From Candidatus Binatia bacterium (GTDB lineage Bacteria; Desulfobacterota; Binatia; UBA9968; CAXXLF01), in assembly GCA_963664015.2 (NCBI GenBank), contig CAXXLF010000002.1, forward strand, positions 544,001-608,000: 64,000 nucleotides of DNA, given 5' to 3'. This document shows positions 10,337 to 20,724 of the stretch, piece after piece (within the stretch, counting starts at the first letter, position 1; each line of letters begins with the position of its first letter). The position numbers and the translations under genes are program-made. Under the pieces are notes generated by a model. The model had not been told where the DNA came from. It did not search any database and worked only from the letters and a program-made list of their open reading frames with translations.

Positions 10337-11437
10337 CTAACCCTTGCGGATTCCCTTTAGGACCTCGTCCATGTGACTGGGAGCACCGATCTTGGCCAGC
10401 TCGCCTTCGAATATCCCACGAATTTTGGGATCCTCGTCCTGATACTCGATCTGGCCTCCGCCGTCCTTAACGTCTTCCGAGGTACCGAATTGTTTTTTCA
10501 GCCCCGGGTGCTTCCGGCTGGTAAAGGGCTTTAACGCCAGATACCGGGCGGACTCGGCACCTTTATTGAAATGCTGGTGGAACCACAATTCGGGAGGAAC
10601 AAACAAGCTCATCTCATGCCAGTCGTATCTCGTAAAGTCTTTTCCCTCGGGCCACATCATAGAATAGCCCTCGCCCTTGAGCACGATCACGTGGGCGCCG
10701 GCGCCATGGCGGTGGGCCTTCTTATAGGTGCCCACGGGAAATTCCGAGATGTGAGCGGACATCACGTTGTTGGCAATCTCGAGCATGATCCCGGTCCCAC
10801 CGGCACCACGGACGCTCTGGTCCTTCAATTGAAACGCCCTGACGTCCTGGATGAAGTTGCTTTCCCAGAACCTCTCGGCAAGGAACTTCCCCTTACCGCT
10901 GAAGAAATCGTCCTCCCCGCTGTAACGGTCTTTAAAAACGTGATCGCAATTGAAGATGAAATCCTGGCTATGGAATAGATTCATGACGGTAGGGGCATCG
11001 GTCATACCCAGCAGCCGTACCGGTTGATCCCCCTGGCCGTTGAAGTGCTGATACCAGGCGTTCAAGGGAGGCGAAAAGACGCTTCCCTCCTGCCATTCAA
11101 ACGTCTGCTTCTTCCCACCTTCGTTCCATACGCTGGTAGCTCCGCGGCCGCTAACCACGAAGAGGAGTTCTTCAAACATGTGTTTTTGAGGCTTGATGGA
11201 CTGCCCCGCCGGGATCTCCAGGATGTAGCTATCGTTGACCCCTTCGCTACCATCCAGGTTCAGATAACTCCCCATGGCCCCCATGCGCTTCCAGGGCGCG
11301 ACTTCCACCTTTCGCACATCCTGGATGAAGAACCCCCCGACGACTGGTATGTTTTCTTCCACCAGAAACTCGTCATAAGCGCTAATGCACCCCAGTTCGT
11401 TTCCCTTAAGTTTCACCGCTGTTGCCGGTTTTGCCAT
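10337..11437 (-). CDS. Bicupin protein; paralog 4
   Basis: QKHMFEE, YQHFN, KAHRHGAGAH and WFHQHFN motifs; RBS AGGAGG. Confidence 0.85.
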   Translation of the reverse strand: MAKPATAVKLKGNELGCISAYDEFLVEENIPVVGGFFIQDVRKVEVAPWKRMGAMGSYLNLDGSEGVNDSYILEIPAGQSIKPQKHMFEELLFVVSGRGATSVWNEGGKKQTFEWQEGSVFSPPLNAWYQHFNGQGDQPVRLLGMTDAPTVMNLFHSQDFIFNCDHVFKDRYSGEDDFFSGKGKFLAERFWESNFIQDVRAFQLKDQSVRGAGGTGIMLEIANNVMSAHISEFPVGTYKKAHRHGAGAHVIVLKGEGYSMMWPEGKDFTRYDWHEMSLFVPPELWFHQHFNKGAESARYLALKPFTSRKHPGLKKQFGTSEDVKDGGGQIEYQDEDPKIRGIFEGELAKIGAPSHMDEVLKGIRKG

Positions 11438-11589
11438 TCCAACCCTCCTAATTTTTAAATATGAGATACTACTGTTGCATTTTTTCTGACGATAGACAAA
11501 GGAAGGCCACAGCTTCGGAGCAGTGAATCCCCTGCCGGGCTCACCGGCAACTGGACGAGATCGAGTCTTCGGATAACCGATCTCGAACG

Positions 11590-12747
11590 CTACCGCTTCT
11601 TACCCCCGCCTTTGAGCCAGAGGTCGTTCCAGAAATTCATCATCTCGGGCAGAAAGGGCTGCATCTGGTTGGCATTGATGAATACCTGCCTCCGGCCCAG
11701 GATCTGATCGGCAAAGGGCAGGAATTCGGCCCTTATAAGGTCCTTGTGGCTCGGGGTCCAATAGGTCGCAGCGTACTGCGCAAGCTGGCCTTCCTTACTA
11801 AGCAACCAGTTCAGAAAGAGTTTGGCCGCATTCACGTTGGGAGCTCCCTTGAGAATGATCGCGGATCCGCCTACCGCCGCAGGAACCGGCTCGGGGCATG
11901 AGAACCCAAGCGGTGCCCCTTGCTTCATCAAACGGTAAGGGCTCTTATAATGGGATGGGATGACACCGTAAAACTCGCCGGCTGCGGCGAGCTGAGGGAG
12001 GGCATTCATGCCCTCTTTACGGAGCTGCGGCTTGAGCTCATTAAACAGTCTTGTCATGTACTCCTTGGTCCACTTTTCCCCCTTGTCCAGCCACAGGTTC
12101 GCTAAAAAAAGGTTAGGACGATTTCCAAGGGCAAGGTTACCGTTCCTCCAGATGGGGTTGGTCAGAAAGTCTTCCCACTTCTTGGGAAGGTCTTTCTGCT
12201 TCACCAACCTCGTGTTGTAGGCCAGGCACCAATAGATGCTGAAAGTACCTACCCATCCACCTTCGGGATCCTTAAGCCCCTCAGCCACGTTCTTGAACCC
12301 GGGGATCTCCTCCAGGGGCTCGACCCCACCAGCCTTTACGAACTCAAAGACAAAGGAGCCTACGTTGGCCACGATATCGGACAAGTACCTTCCGCCCGTA
12401 TAGGCCTCCAGGGTCTTAAAGGTCCGGCTAGCCCGGTTGGAACCAAAGTAGTCGACTTTAATCGACGGATACCGCTCCCGAAAGGGCGCAAGGAAGAGGT
12501 TTCTTTCCTTGGATTGGAGCGGCGTGCTCCGTATCTTGACCAAGCCTTCTTTTTTAGCCCCATCGATCCAAGCCTTCGGGACGCTCAGCTCCTTGTCCAA
12601 GCCAGACAAAATCGAAGCGTCCAGTTTCAGGCTCTTGAGTGCCTTCTGAGTCGATTTCGGAAAACCCGCTGAACGAACGTTGTGGGGAATGGTGAAACCC
12701 CAAGCCAGAGTCAAGATCATAATCCATGAAACGGATAGTCTTTTCAT
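11590..12747 (-). CDS. ABC transporter solute-binding protein, close paralog of 4641-5804
   Basis: Signal peptide; shared LALGNRPNLF, KPQLRKEGMNAL, CPEPVPA and NWLLSKEGQ blocks. Confidence 0.88.
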   Translation of the reverse strand: MKRLSVSWIMILTLAWGFTIPHNVRSAGFPKSTQKALKSLKLDASILSGLDKELSVPKAWIDGAKKEGLVKIRSTPLQSKERNLFLAPFRERYPSIKVDYFGSNRASRTFKTLEAYTGGRYLSDIVANVGSFVFEFVKAGGVEPLEEIPGFKNVAEGLKDPEGGWVGTFSIYWCLAYNTRLVKQKDLPKKWEDFLTNPIWRNGNLALGNRPNLFLANLWLDKGEKWTKEYMTRLFNELKPQLRKEGMNALPQLAAAGEFYGVIPSHYKSPYRLMKQGAPLGFSCPEPVPAAVGGSAIILKGAPNVNAAKLFLNWLLSKEGQLAQYAATYWTPSHKDLIRAEFLPFADQILGRRQVFINANQMQPFLPEMMNFWNDLWLKGGGKKR

Positions 12748-12959
12748 CGTCTATCTCCTCAATTCTCCGTGGCTGTTTCCAGGGGACTATTGCTTGGGTC
12801 GTTACATCACAATCAAAGTAGAGTTGTCAAGACTCGGTTGAACGGGGCGATTAGAAGGATATTGTCAAAAACCCAATAGTGGAAGATGACGAGAGTCCTT
12901 TGGCAAGTGCTGAAATGGATACCTCGGGCCTTTATCCTCGACAGGGAAAATGGCGGCAG

Positions 12960-13706
12960 CTAATAGGTCGGCAGCGATCTTCCGGCGTCCAAAGGCAAAA
13001 GGACTCCGGTGATATTCTTTGCATCATCCGAGGCGAGAAAAAGCACAGCCGCAGCCACATCTTCGGACGTGTGGAGTCTTTTCAAAGTTGCATCCTCTAC
13101 CAGCCGCGTCACCTGCTCCGGCCTTTTCTTCAACTCTGCGGTCAAGGTGGGGCCCACGAGAACCGCATTGACTCGAATATTCTGAGCCCCGTGATCTAGC
13201 GCCATAGCAACCGTGAGAGAATTCACCGCGGCCTTACTTGCCGATCGGAGGGCACGCCCTTTCACTCCGGAACCGGCAATCGATGACAGGTTGATGATCG
13301 CCCCTCCCCCACCCCGCGCTATCACAGGTATTGCGAGGCGAGAAAGTGTTATTAGACCCATCAGGTCGACGCGCATTTCCTCTTCGAAATCCTTTTCCGT
13401 GACATCCATCACGCTGCCCATGATCCGGCGGGCGGCACCATAATTGACAAGGACATCTATCCTTCCGAACTTCTCGACCGTGGCCTTAACAATGGATTCG
13501 GCAGTGGCGGTTCCGCTCACATCTCCCGTCACAACGATTCCCTCCCCACCCGCCTTTTCTATTTCACGCAAGGATTCCTGACCCTGCTCCATTGATTTGC
13601 AGCACCCGGCAATCCGCGACCCCTCGTGGGCAAGGGCCAAGGCAATGGCACGTCCAGTCTCAGAATCGAATCCGGCAACCACGGACACCTTATCTTTGAG
13701 CTTCAT
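12960..13706 (-). CDS. Short-chain dehydrogenase/reductase (atypical motifs)
   Basis: LKDKV, FGRIDVLVN, IINLSS, IRVNAV and ITGVLLPLDAG; YxxxK appears as RSASK. Confidence 0.85.
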   Translation of the reverse strand: MKLKDKVSVVAGFDSETGRAIALALAHEGSRIAGCCKSMEQGQESLREIEKAGGEGIVVTGDVSGTATAESIVKATVEKFGRIDVLVNYGAARRIMGSVMDVTEKDFEEEMRVDLMGLITLSRLAIPVIARGGGGAIINLSSIAGSGVKGRALRSASKAAVNSLTVAMALDHGAQNIRVNAVLVGPTLTAELKKRPEQVTRLVEDATLKRLHTSEDVAAAVLFLASDDAKNITGVLLPLDAGRSLPTY

Positions 13707-13740
13707 AGTGAACCTATCCTTTCCCGAATTGGGAGCGCAC

Positions 13741-15999
13741 TTAGAGTGGAGAGGCCGCTTTCAACTCCCCCAGTCCATTCAAGACTTTCTCAGGGGTAAT
13801 GGGAGCATCCATGATCCTGACCCCGGTCGCGGCATAAACAGCATTGGCGATCGCGGGAGCAATAACGCTGATGCCACACTCGGCAACCGCCTTGGTGCCA
13901 AAGGGGCCCGGTCCTTCCTTAGCCTGGACAAGCGTCGTCGTCAATCGGGGAATATCCCGTATGTTGGGAATCTTATAGTCACCCAGATTAAGCGTCATGA
14001 TCCGGCCTTCCTCAAGGATCAGATTCTCCATCAATGTAAAACCCACTCCTTGCATGATGCCACCTTCAATCTGTCCCTGATGGATAATCGGATTGATCAC
14101 GCGGGTCACATCGAGGGCGAAATGTATTCGTCGAACCGCCACCTGGCCCGTCTCTCCGTCAACCTCCACGTCGGCAACCGCCGCGAAAAAGCAAAACACG
14201 TCGGAAGCATTATCCTTGCAATGGCCGACCCCCTTGAATGGTCCATTGGTTGCAAGTCGCGCAAGAGCCTTTAAATCCAAATAACGTTTACGGGCAGATT
14301 TGAGACAGGCCCGTCCTTTTTCCCAGTGCACCTTGTGGGACGCTACCGCCCAGCAGAGTGCCGCCTGCTCCCGCAAAAGCGCCAGTAGAAATTCCGCTGC
14401 CCGGGCGACGGCCCGACCCTCGATGTGCACACCCCTTTGGGCCATAACACCGCCATCATAAGCTCCCGTATCCGTCCCCCTGAGATCAATCTGAACCGAG
14501 TCGGTGTCCACTCCCAGCACCTCGGCAACAACCTGCCGGTGCATCGTGTAGGCTCCCACGCCGACATCGCGCACGGACGTCACCAGACGAAGGGAACCTC
14601 CAGGATCCAATATCAACTCCGCCGTAGACTCTCCCGGCCCGATGTGATGATTCCCTAGACCTACCCCTCGCCCAAATTGCAATTGGGACTTGTCTTTGGC
14701 TGCCGGAGGCTTGGATTCCCCCCATCGGGATATCTTCCGAACCCGTTCCAACACCTCCGTCCCACAAGGGTCACGCAACGGTTTGGTGCTCGGTTGGCTG
14801 TCACCATCGCGCAGGACGTTTCTAAGGCGAAATTCGAGAGGGTCGATTCCCAACTTCTCCGCCATCATGTCCATGTGGCTCTCCACCGCATACAAGCACT
14901 GAACCTCGCCTGGTGCCCGGAAATAACCGCACGGGACCTGATTCGTGTAGACAATGAGTCCTTCCATGCGCACGTGGGGGGTCCGATAGGACCCGGCCAG
15001 CATGAAGGAGCCGGTCATGGCGTTTTGGGGGTTCCGCGACCCGTAGGCACCACCGTTGTAAACGATCCGTCCCTCCCAGGCCCACAGCCGTCCGTCTTTT
15101 TTCACACCCGTACGCACCGTAATCGCCGCCCCATGGCGGGGTTCACCGTCGTAGATTCCTTCGGCATATGTGTTCACAACCTTTACAGGCCGGCCCGATG
15201 CCCGCGCTAGGTGATAGACGTAGAGGATATCTTCATAACCCAGTTTCCCGCCGAAGGAGCCTCCCGTGGAGACCGGATGGAGCACAATCGCTTCCTCTGG
15301 AAGATCCGTGTGATTGGCTAACCATTCACGTACGTGAAACGGCGCTTGATGGCAGTCCCAAACGTCTACCCGGCCCTGTGGACTGATTTCCACAACGCCC
15401 GCTCGCGGCTCGATAAAACCCTGATGCACCATCTGGGTATGAAAGGTATTTTCGAAGATGTGATCCGACTGGCTAAAGCCTTCCTCAATGTTTCCCTTGT
15501 TTGAACGGTGCGCCGACCGGACATTTTTGAGCGATGCCTCTTTAAAGGACCCCCGATAGGACGCGTAATCCGGATGAAGGATAGGTGCCGTATCCATCAT
15601 AGCTTCAAGGGGGTCGAAGACAGCCGGCAATTCTTCATATTCGACGTCGATGCATTCCAACGCATCTTCAACAACATCCTTGTCGACCGCTGCAACACCC
15701 GCTACCTTTTCTCCAATGTAGCGCACCCGGTCCCTAGCAAAGATGGGTTGGTCCTGGAGGTTCAGACCTTCCAAGCGGGGGGGAACATCCTTACCCGTGA
15801 TAACCGCCTTCACACCGGGAAGTCTTTGTGCCCGGCTCGTGTCGATGTTTAAGATGCGCGCATGGGGAAAGGGGCTCCGCAAAAAACCGCCCCAAAGGGC
15901 GTCATCCCGGTTAATATCGGCCGCGTAAACACAGGTCCCCGTGACCTTACTCACCCCTTCAACCCGTGGGATATTTTTTCCAAGAACTGAGTTTTTCAT
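13741..15999 (-). CDS. Xanthine dehydrogenase-family molybdopterin-binding large subunit
   Basis: KVTG, RSPFPHARI, GGSFGGK, FRAPG, GQIEGG and GTKAVAE motifs. Confidence 0.92.
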   Translation of the reverse strand: MKNSVLGKNIPRVEGVSKVTGTCVYAADINRDDALWGGFLRSPFPHARILNIDTSRAQRLPGVKAVITGKDVPPRLEGLNLQDQPIFARDRVRYIGEKVAGVAAVDKDVVEDALECIDVEYEELPAVFDPLEAMMDTAPILHPDYASYRGSFKEASLKNVRSAHRSNKGNIEEGFSQSDHIFENTFHTQMVHQGFIEPRAGVVEISPQGRVDVWDCHQAPFHVREWLANHTDLPEEAIVLHPVSTGGSFGGKLGYEDILYVYHLARASGRPVKVVNTYAEGIYDGEPRHGAAITVRTGVKKDGRLWAWEGRIVYNGGAYGSRNPQNAMTGSFMLAGSYRTPHVRMEGLIVYTNQVPCGYFRAPGEVQCLYAVESHMDMMAEKLGIDPLEFRLRNVLRDGDSQPSTKPLRDPCGTEVLERVRKISRWGESKPPAAKDKSQLQFGRGVGLGNHHIGPGESTAELILDPGGSLRLVTSVRDVGVGAYTMHRQVVAEVLGVDTDSVQIDLRGTDTGAYDGGVMAQRGVHIEGRAVARAAEFLLALLREQAALCWAVASHKVHWEKGRACLKSARKRYLDLKALARLATNGPFKGVGHCKDNASDVFCFFAAVADVEVDGETGQVAVRRIHFALDVTRVINPIIHQGQIEGGIMQGVGFTLMENLILEEGRIMTLNLGDYKIPNIRDIPRLTTTLVQAKEGPGPFGTKAVAECGISVIAPAIANAVYAATGVRIMDAPITPEKVLNGLGELKAASPL

Positions 16000-16198
16000 G
16001 ACTATTTGCTCGCGAGGAATGGTAGCAAACCCGTCGGTCGCAGGTCAACGGAATTATCCATCCGTACCCTTAAGGTTCATACCAAATGGCACCTGTGTTG
16101 TCGGTCAAACTTGCCGGGCAACGGGTTCCTTGACATCAACCAATACCCGGGATAGAAAGAGCCGTATGTACCGCCAGGCAAAAGGAAGGAGATTATTT

Positions 16199-17284
16199 AT
16201 GAAACGTAAAAGTTTAGGCTCTTTAGCCGTCATCGGGGCTCTGTTGATGCTGGAAGCCTTTCCCGTATCCGACGTTTCTGCCTCTGAAGTCCAGCAGCTT
16301 ATCGCGGCTGCGAAAGAAAAGGGTGAGACTGTTCTCAACCTCTCCTGGGGCCAGCAATCCATGGGCGGTAGCAAGGGCGCAAAGAGATTCGAGGCCCTCT
16401 TCAACCGTATGTATGGCACTAACGTCAAGGTGAACTTTACTCCCGGACCTTCCATGCCACGAATCATCGGCAAGGTCACTCAGGAATTGGCGGCTGGGAC
16501 CAAGGCCTCCACGGACGTGCTACTGGGAACCGAAAGCCACTATGGGTCGCTCATGAAAAAGTCCGTGATGGAACCGTATAACTACAGGAAATTATCCGCG
16601 CGCATCACCGACGAGGTCATGGCCCCCAGGAACATCGGTGTGGAAGTGGCCACCTTCATTTCTGGCATCGTCTATAACACGCAGATTGTCTCACCGGCAG
16701 AGGCACCCAAGCACCTAAAGGATGTGCTGAACCCCAAGTGGAAGGGGAAGATTGCATCCACCCCTTACGCCGCTCAATTCGACCGGATCGCGCTGCTTCC
16801 CGGTTGGGGGAATGAAAAGATGAAGGGCTTCATCACCAAGCTCTCAAATAACGTCGGGGGTCTGATACGCTGCGGTGAGATTTCACGCATCACCAGCGGC
16901 GAGTTCGTGATGATGGCCATGGGCTGCGGCAGCTATGCGGTTCGTCTTGAGCAAGCCAAGGGCGCGCCCTTGGGACACGTCATTTTGCAGGACGGCGGCA
17001 CCATTTCTTTCTTTTACTGGGGAGTCCCCCAAAATGCGACCGCCCCGAATCTGGCTAAGCTCTTCATAAATATGGCCATGAGCGAGGAGGGACAGAAAGT
17101 CGTTTATAAAAATTATGCTACCGACCACCATGCCCTGCCCGGATCCCAATGGGCGGCCGAGTTGAAAGGATACAAGGACAGGAATATCCCCATCCTGGAG
17201 GTCGATGCCCAGTATGTCGCCGACCATCCCGAGCAGCGGAAGCTTGGCAGGGCGCTATCAAAGATCCTTAGAAAAAAGCGTTGA
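16199..17284 (+). CDS. ABC transporter solute-binding protein
   Basis: ATG 16199 with RBS AGGAG, signal peptide, YNT...P...DVLNPKWKGKI and PNLAKLFIN motifs. Confidence 0.88.
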   Translation: MKRKSLGSLAVIGALLMLEAFPVSDVSASEVQQLIAAAKEKGETVLNLSWGQQSMGGSKGAKRFEALFNRMYGTNVKVNFTPGPSMPRIIGKVTQELAAGTKASTDVLLGTESHYGSLMKKSVMEPYNYRKLSARITDEVMAPRNIGVEVATFISGIVYNTQIVSPAEAPKHLKDVLNPKWKGKIASTPYAAQFDRIALLPGWGNEKMKGFITKLSNNVGGLIRCGEISRITSGEFVMMAMGCGSYAVRLEQAKGAPLGHVILQDGGTISFFYWGVPQNATAPNLAKLFINMAMSEEGQKVVYKNYATDHHALPGSQWAAELKGYKDRNIPILEVDAQYVADHPEQRKLGRALSKILRKKR

Positions 17285-17328
17285 GGCCAAGATAGAGATT
17301 CCGCCAGGAAAGAATTGGGCATGCAATT

Positions 17329-19098
17329 TTGAGATCCGGAGCGACTGTTCAAACTGCCGCCAATCAGAGACTCCGGGCAAAGGGCAAAGGGTTCGTAAAC
17401 GCCTTCCGGCGCCTTAGGATCAACCCCCTGTGGTTCGTGGTCGGTCCCATGGTGCTGATCATTGTCGGTCTTTTGCTGACCATATTCTGGATAAGCTTTA
17501 TTGCGGGCCTGCCCGGCACTCCCGAGGCACACTATTCCATCGCCAACTACCATAACCTGTATGCGGACTCGTTTGTCGTCACTGTACTGCTGAATACCCT
17601 GGGATTTGCAATTGCCACGACGGTGGTCGCACTCTTCTTTGGAGTCTCCATCGCCTGGTTTGTGGAACGAACCGACCTTCCGGGAAAATCCTCCATCTAT
17701 GCGATCATGAGCCTCGGCATCCTGATGCCCGGGTTTTTTACGGCCATGGGCTGGCTGTTCCTACTCCATCCGCGGATTGGAATCGTCAATCGCTGGATCA
17801 TGGACCTCACTGGACTCACCTCGGCACCGTTGAGTATTACGAACCTAATCGGAATGGGTTGGGTCCAGGGTCTTAATCTTACTGCCCTTGCCTTCATCAT
17901 GACCACAGCAAGCTTTCGCTCTATGGATCCCGCGCTCGAGGAAGCCGCGACCGTCCATGGAGCTAGTTTCGGGCAAATGCTGCGGTCGGTCTTTGGCCCC
18001 TTGATGCTTCCGGGACTTGTCGCTAGCGCCATCTATATCTTTACGATCAGCATCGGGGTCTTTGACACCCCTGCGATCATTGGCCTGAGTAATCGAATCT
18101 TTACCTTCAGCACGTATGTCTACACCCAGAGTATCACCGAGGATGCGTTGCCCGACTATGGCGTCGTTGCCGCCATGAGCTCGCTGATGACGGCCCTGGC
18201 GCTACTGTTGGCCTATTATTACAGCGGTGTGATCAAAAAAAGTTACCAGTATCAGATCGTCACAGGCAAAGGCTACCGGCCCCATCTGTACAGGCTGGGA
18301 AGATGGACGGGACCCGTATGGGGCTTCATCGGACTGTATTTTCTATTGAGCAAAGTGCTTCCTTTCTTATTGTTAGTCTGGGCATCTCTACTTCGTTACT
18401 TCCAGCCGCCATCTATGCAGGCCCTGGCCGGCATTTCGCTGCAAAATTTCCGTGATATGCCATTGGATTTACTCGCCCGAAGCGGACTGAATTCAGCCAT
18501 CCTCATGATCATCGTGCCCACACTAGCCGTGGCCATCAGCTTCGGTTTTTCCTGGATAGTAGTTCGCACAAACTTCCGTTTCCGGATGGTTCTGGACTTT
18601 TTCGCCTTTTTGCCCCATGCGGTCCCCAGTATCATATTCGGCGTTGGAGCCCTTTTTGTCGCTCTGTTTGTTCTCAAGGGTATACCCCTGTATGGATCGC
18701 TGACACTGTTGGGGATCGTCTATGTAGTGGACCGGTTGACCTTTGGAACACGCCTCCTGAACTCGGCGTTGATTCAAGTACACCACGATCTCGAAGAAGC
18801 TGCCACGGTTTGTGGCGCGACCGGCATGAAGGTCGCTCGCAGTGTCCTTGCGCCGCTAGTTTTACCCGCGATCCTGAGCGGTTGGTTGTGGATGGGCCTT
18901 CTCACCCTCCGCGAGCTTACGTTGGCAACAATCCTGTTCACCCCTAACAACGTCACCATGCCTGTGGTCATATGGAGCATTTGGAGCAGCGGCAACTATG
19001 GAATTGCCTCGTCGATTACTCTTGTTCTTTTGCTCTGTCTGGCACCGCTGGTCCTGGTCTACTGGATCATCGGCCGGCACAGTATGTTGCGGGACTGA
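17329..19098 (+). CDS. ABC transporter permease with two fused TM modules (FbpB-type)
   Basis: Two EAA loops (LEEAATVHGA, LEEAATVCGA), ERTDLPG and about 12 hydrophobic segments; start uncertain. Confidence 0.9.
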   Translation: MRSGATVQTAANQRLRAKGKGFVNAFRRLRINPLWFVVGPMVLIIVGLLLTIFWISFIAGLPGTPEAHYSIANYHNLYADSFVVTVLLNTLGFAIATTVVALFFGVSIAWFVERTDLPGKSSIYAIMSLGILMPGFFTAMGWLFLLHPRIGIVNRWIMDLTGLTSAPLSITNLIGMGWVQGLNLTALAFIMTTASFRSMDPALEEAATVHGASFGQMLRSVFGPLMLPGLVASAIYIFTISIGVFDTPAIIGLSNRIFTFSTYVYTQSITEDALPDYGVVAAMSSLMTALALLLAYYYSGVIKKSYQYQIVTGKGYRPHLYRLGRWTGPVWGFIGLYFLLSKVLPFLLLVWASLLRYFQPPSMQALAGISLQNFRDMPLDLLARSGLNSAILMIIVPTLAVAISFGFSWIVVRTNFRFRMVLDFFAFLPHAVPSIIFGVGALFVALFVLKGIPLYGSLTLLGIVYVVDRLTFGTRLLNSALIQVHHDLEEAATVCGATGMKVARSVLAPLVLPAILSGWLWMGLLTLRELTLATILFTPNNVTMPVVIWSIWSSGNYGIASSITLVLLLCLAPLVLVYWIIGRHSMLRD

Positions 19099-19140
19099 TC
19101 CGGACGATGCAGGGAGGCCGCAAATGAGTTGAGCTTGTGA

Positions 19141-19169
19141 TTGACACTGATCGATTGATCCCATAGTTT
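19141..19169 (+). promoter_or_regulatory. Sigma70-type promoter upstream of UbiD gene
   Basis: TTGACA-17 nt-TAGTTT. Confidence 0.55.
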
Positions 19170-19218
19170 GGCAGGTCGGATCCCCTGAACAATACTTCTT
19201 AGATGAAAGGAACATCAT

Positions 19219-20673
19219 ATGGGGTGGCATGATTTTCGTGAGCTATTAGCCGAGTATGAAAGACGTGGAGACGTGAAGGTCGTTGAGGGGGCGGACTGCC
19301 ATCTGGAGATCGGTACCTTGACCGAGTTAATGGCCGAACGGCATGGGCCCATGCTCCTCTTCGACAAGATCAAGGGCTATCCGCAAGGCTATCGCATCGC
19401 GGCCAAGCCGTACTCGACTGCGCCCCGTGGCGCCGTGGCCCTTGGCCTCCCGGAGGACGTTTCCCCTTTCGAAATGTTTTTGGCTTGGAGGGACAAATTC
19501 AAGAGCTACCAACCGGTCAAGCCCATCCCGGTCTCGACGGGCCCCGTGATGGAGAACGTGCTGGAAGGCAAGGACATCGATTTTCAGAGGTTTCCAGTTC
19601 CCAAATGGCATGAGGAGGACGGGGGCCTGTACATCGGCACCGGATGCGCACTGGTGACCAAGGATCCGGAGGAGGGGTGGGTCAATGTCGGCACCTATCG
19701 GGTTATGGTCCACGACAATCAGACCCTGGGATTTCAAATCGCCCCTTATCATCATGGTAACTTGATGATGAAGAAGTACTGGGCACAGGGAAAAAGCTGC
19801 CCTATCGCCCTCGTGATCACACCGGACCCTTATCTATTTTGGGCATCCTCCAGCGGTGCCCCCTGGGGGACCTCCGAGTACGAACTTGCCGGATTCCTTC
19901 GTGGAAAGGCCGAGGAAATCATTACGGGACCAAAAACGGGTCTACCCGTACCCGCCAATGCCGAAATGATCATCGAAGGCGAAGTGCCGCCTCTCACAGA
20001 AGAACAGAGAAAGGAAGGACCCTTCGGAGAATACACGGGCTACTACGCCGGAGGCGAAAGAATGAGGCCCGTGATTCGAGTCAAGGCCTTGTATCATCGT
20101 AACAACCCCATTTTTCACGGCGAGCCTCCAATGAAACCACCCGTCGAGAACTGGGCATGCCTCCCTTCAGGGAGCATCCTGGCGGTCTGGGAGGGCCTTG
20201 AGAGATCCGGAGTACCCGGTGTCAAGGGAGTCTACTCACTGAACGCCGGCGGTGGACTGATTACAGTCGTGTCGGTCAAGCAGCAGTACTCAGGGCATGC
20301 AAGGCAGGTAGGCCGAGTCGCTTCAGGATTGATGCACAGCATGTGCCGGATGATGATCGTTGTCGACGACGATATTGATATATCCAATTCGGGGGAGGTC
20401 CTCTGGGCCATCGCTACCCGGAGCGACCCCGAGTCGACCTTTGAGATTCAGCGGGACTGCCCGTCCACCTGGCTGGATCCCATGATGCCTCCGGAAAAGA
20501 AAAACCGGGGCGACCTGAAATCCAGCAGGGCGTTGATCGTCGCCTGCCGCCCGTGGGAATGGATGAAGGATTTCCCCAAGGTCAGCCGGGCTAGCGACAC
20601 ACTCAGAAACCAAGTTTATTCAAAGTGGCAGGAACTCTTCAAGCAGACCGCTCAACAACCCATCGGTTGGTGA
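19219..20673 (+). CDS. UbiD-family (prFMN-dependent) decarboxylase
   Basis: NVGTYR, EGPFGEYTGYY, VVDDDID and WAIATR motifs. Confidence 0.93.
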   Translation: MGWHDFRELLAEYERRGDVKVVEGADCHLEIGTLTELMAERHGPMLLFDKIKGYPQGYRIAAKPYSTAPRGAVALGLPEDVSPFEMFLAWRDKFKSYQPVKPIPVSTGPVMENVLEGKDIDFQRFPVPKWHEEDGGLYIGTGCALVTKDPEEGWVNVGTYRVMVHDNQTLGFQIAPYHHGNLMMKKYWAQGKSCPIALVITPDPYLFWASSSGAPWGTSEYELAGFLRGKAEEIITGPKTGLPVPANAEMIIEGEVPPLTEEQRKEGPFGEYTGYYAGGERMRPVIRVKALYHRNNPIFHGEPPMKPPVENWACLPSGSILAVWEGLERSGVPGVKGVYSLNAGGGLITVVSVKQQYSGHARQVGRVASGLMHSMCRMMIVVDDDIDISNSGEVLWAIATRSDPESTFEIQRDCPSTWLDPMMPPEKKNRGDLKSSRALIVACRPWEWMKDFPKVSRASDTLRNQVYSKWQELFKQTAQQPIGW

Positions 20674-20693
20674 TAGACCATGGCCGCACCGAG

Positions 20694-20720
20694 CTAGCGG
20701 CCACCGGTTGTCGCCGCTAG
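20694..20720. terminator. Hairpin between convergent UbiD and LigB-like genes
   Basis: CTAGCGGC...GCCGCTAG 8-bp inverted repeat; no U-tract. Confidence 0.4.
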
Positions 20721-20724
20721 GGGG

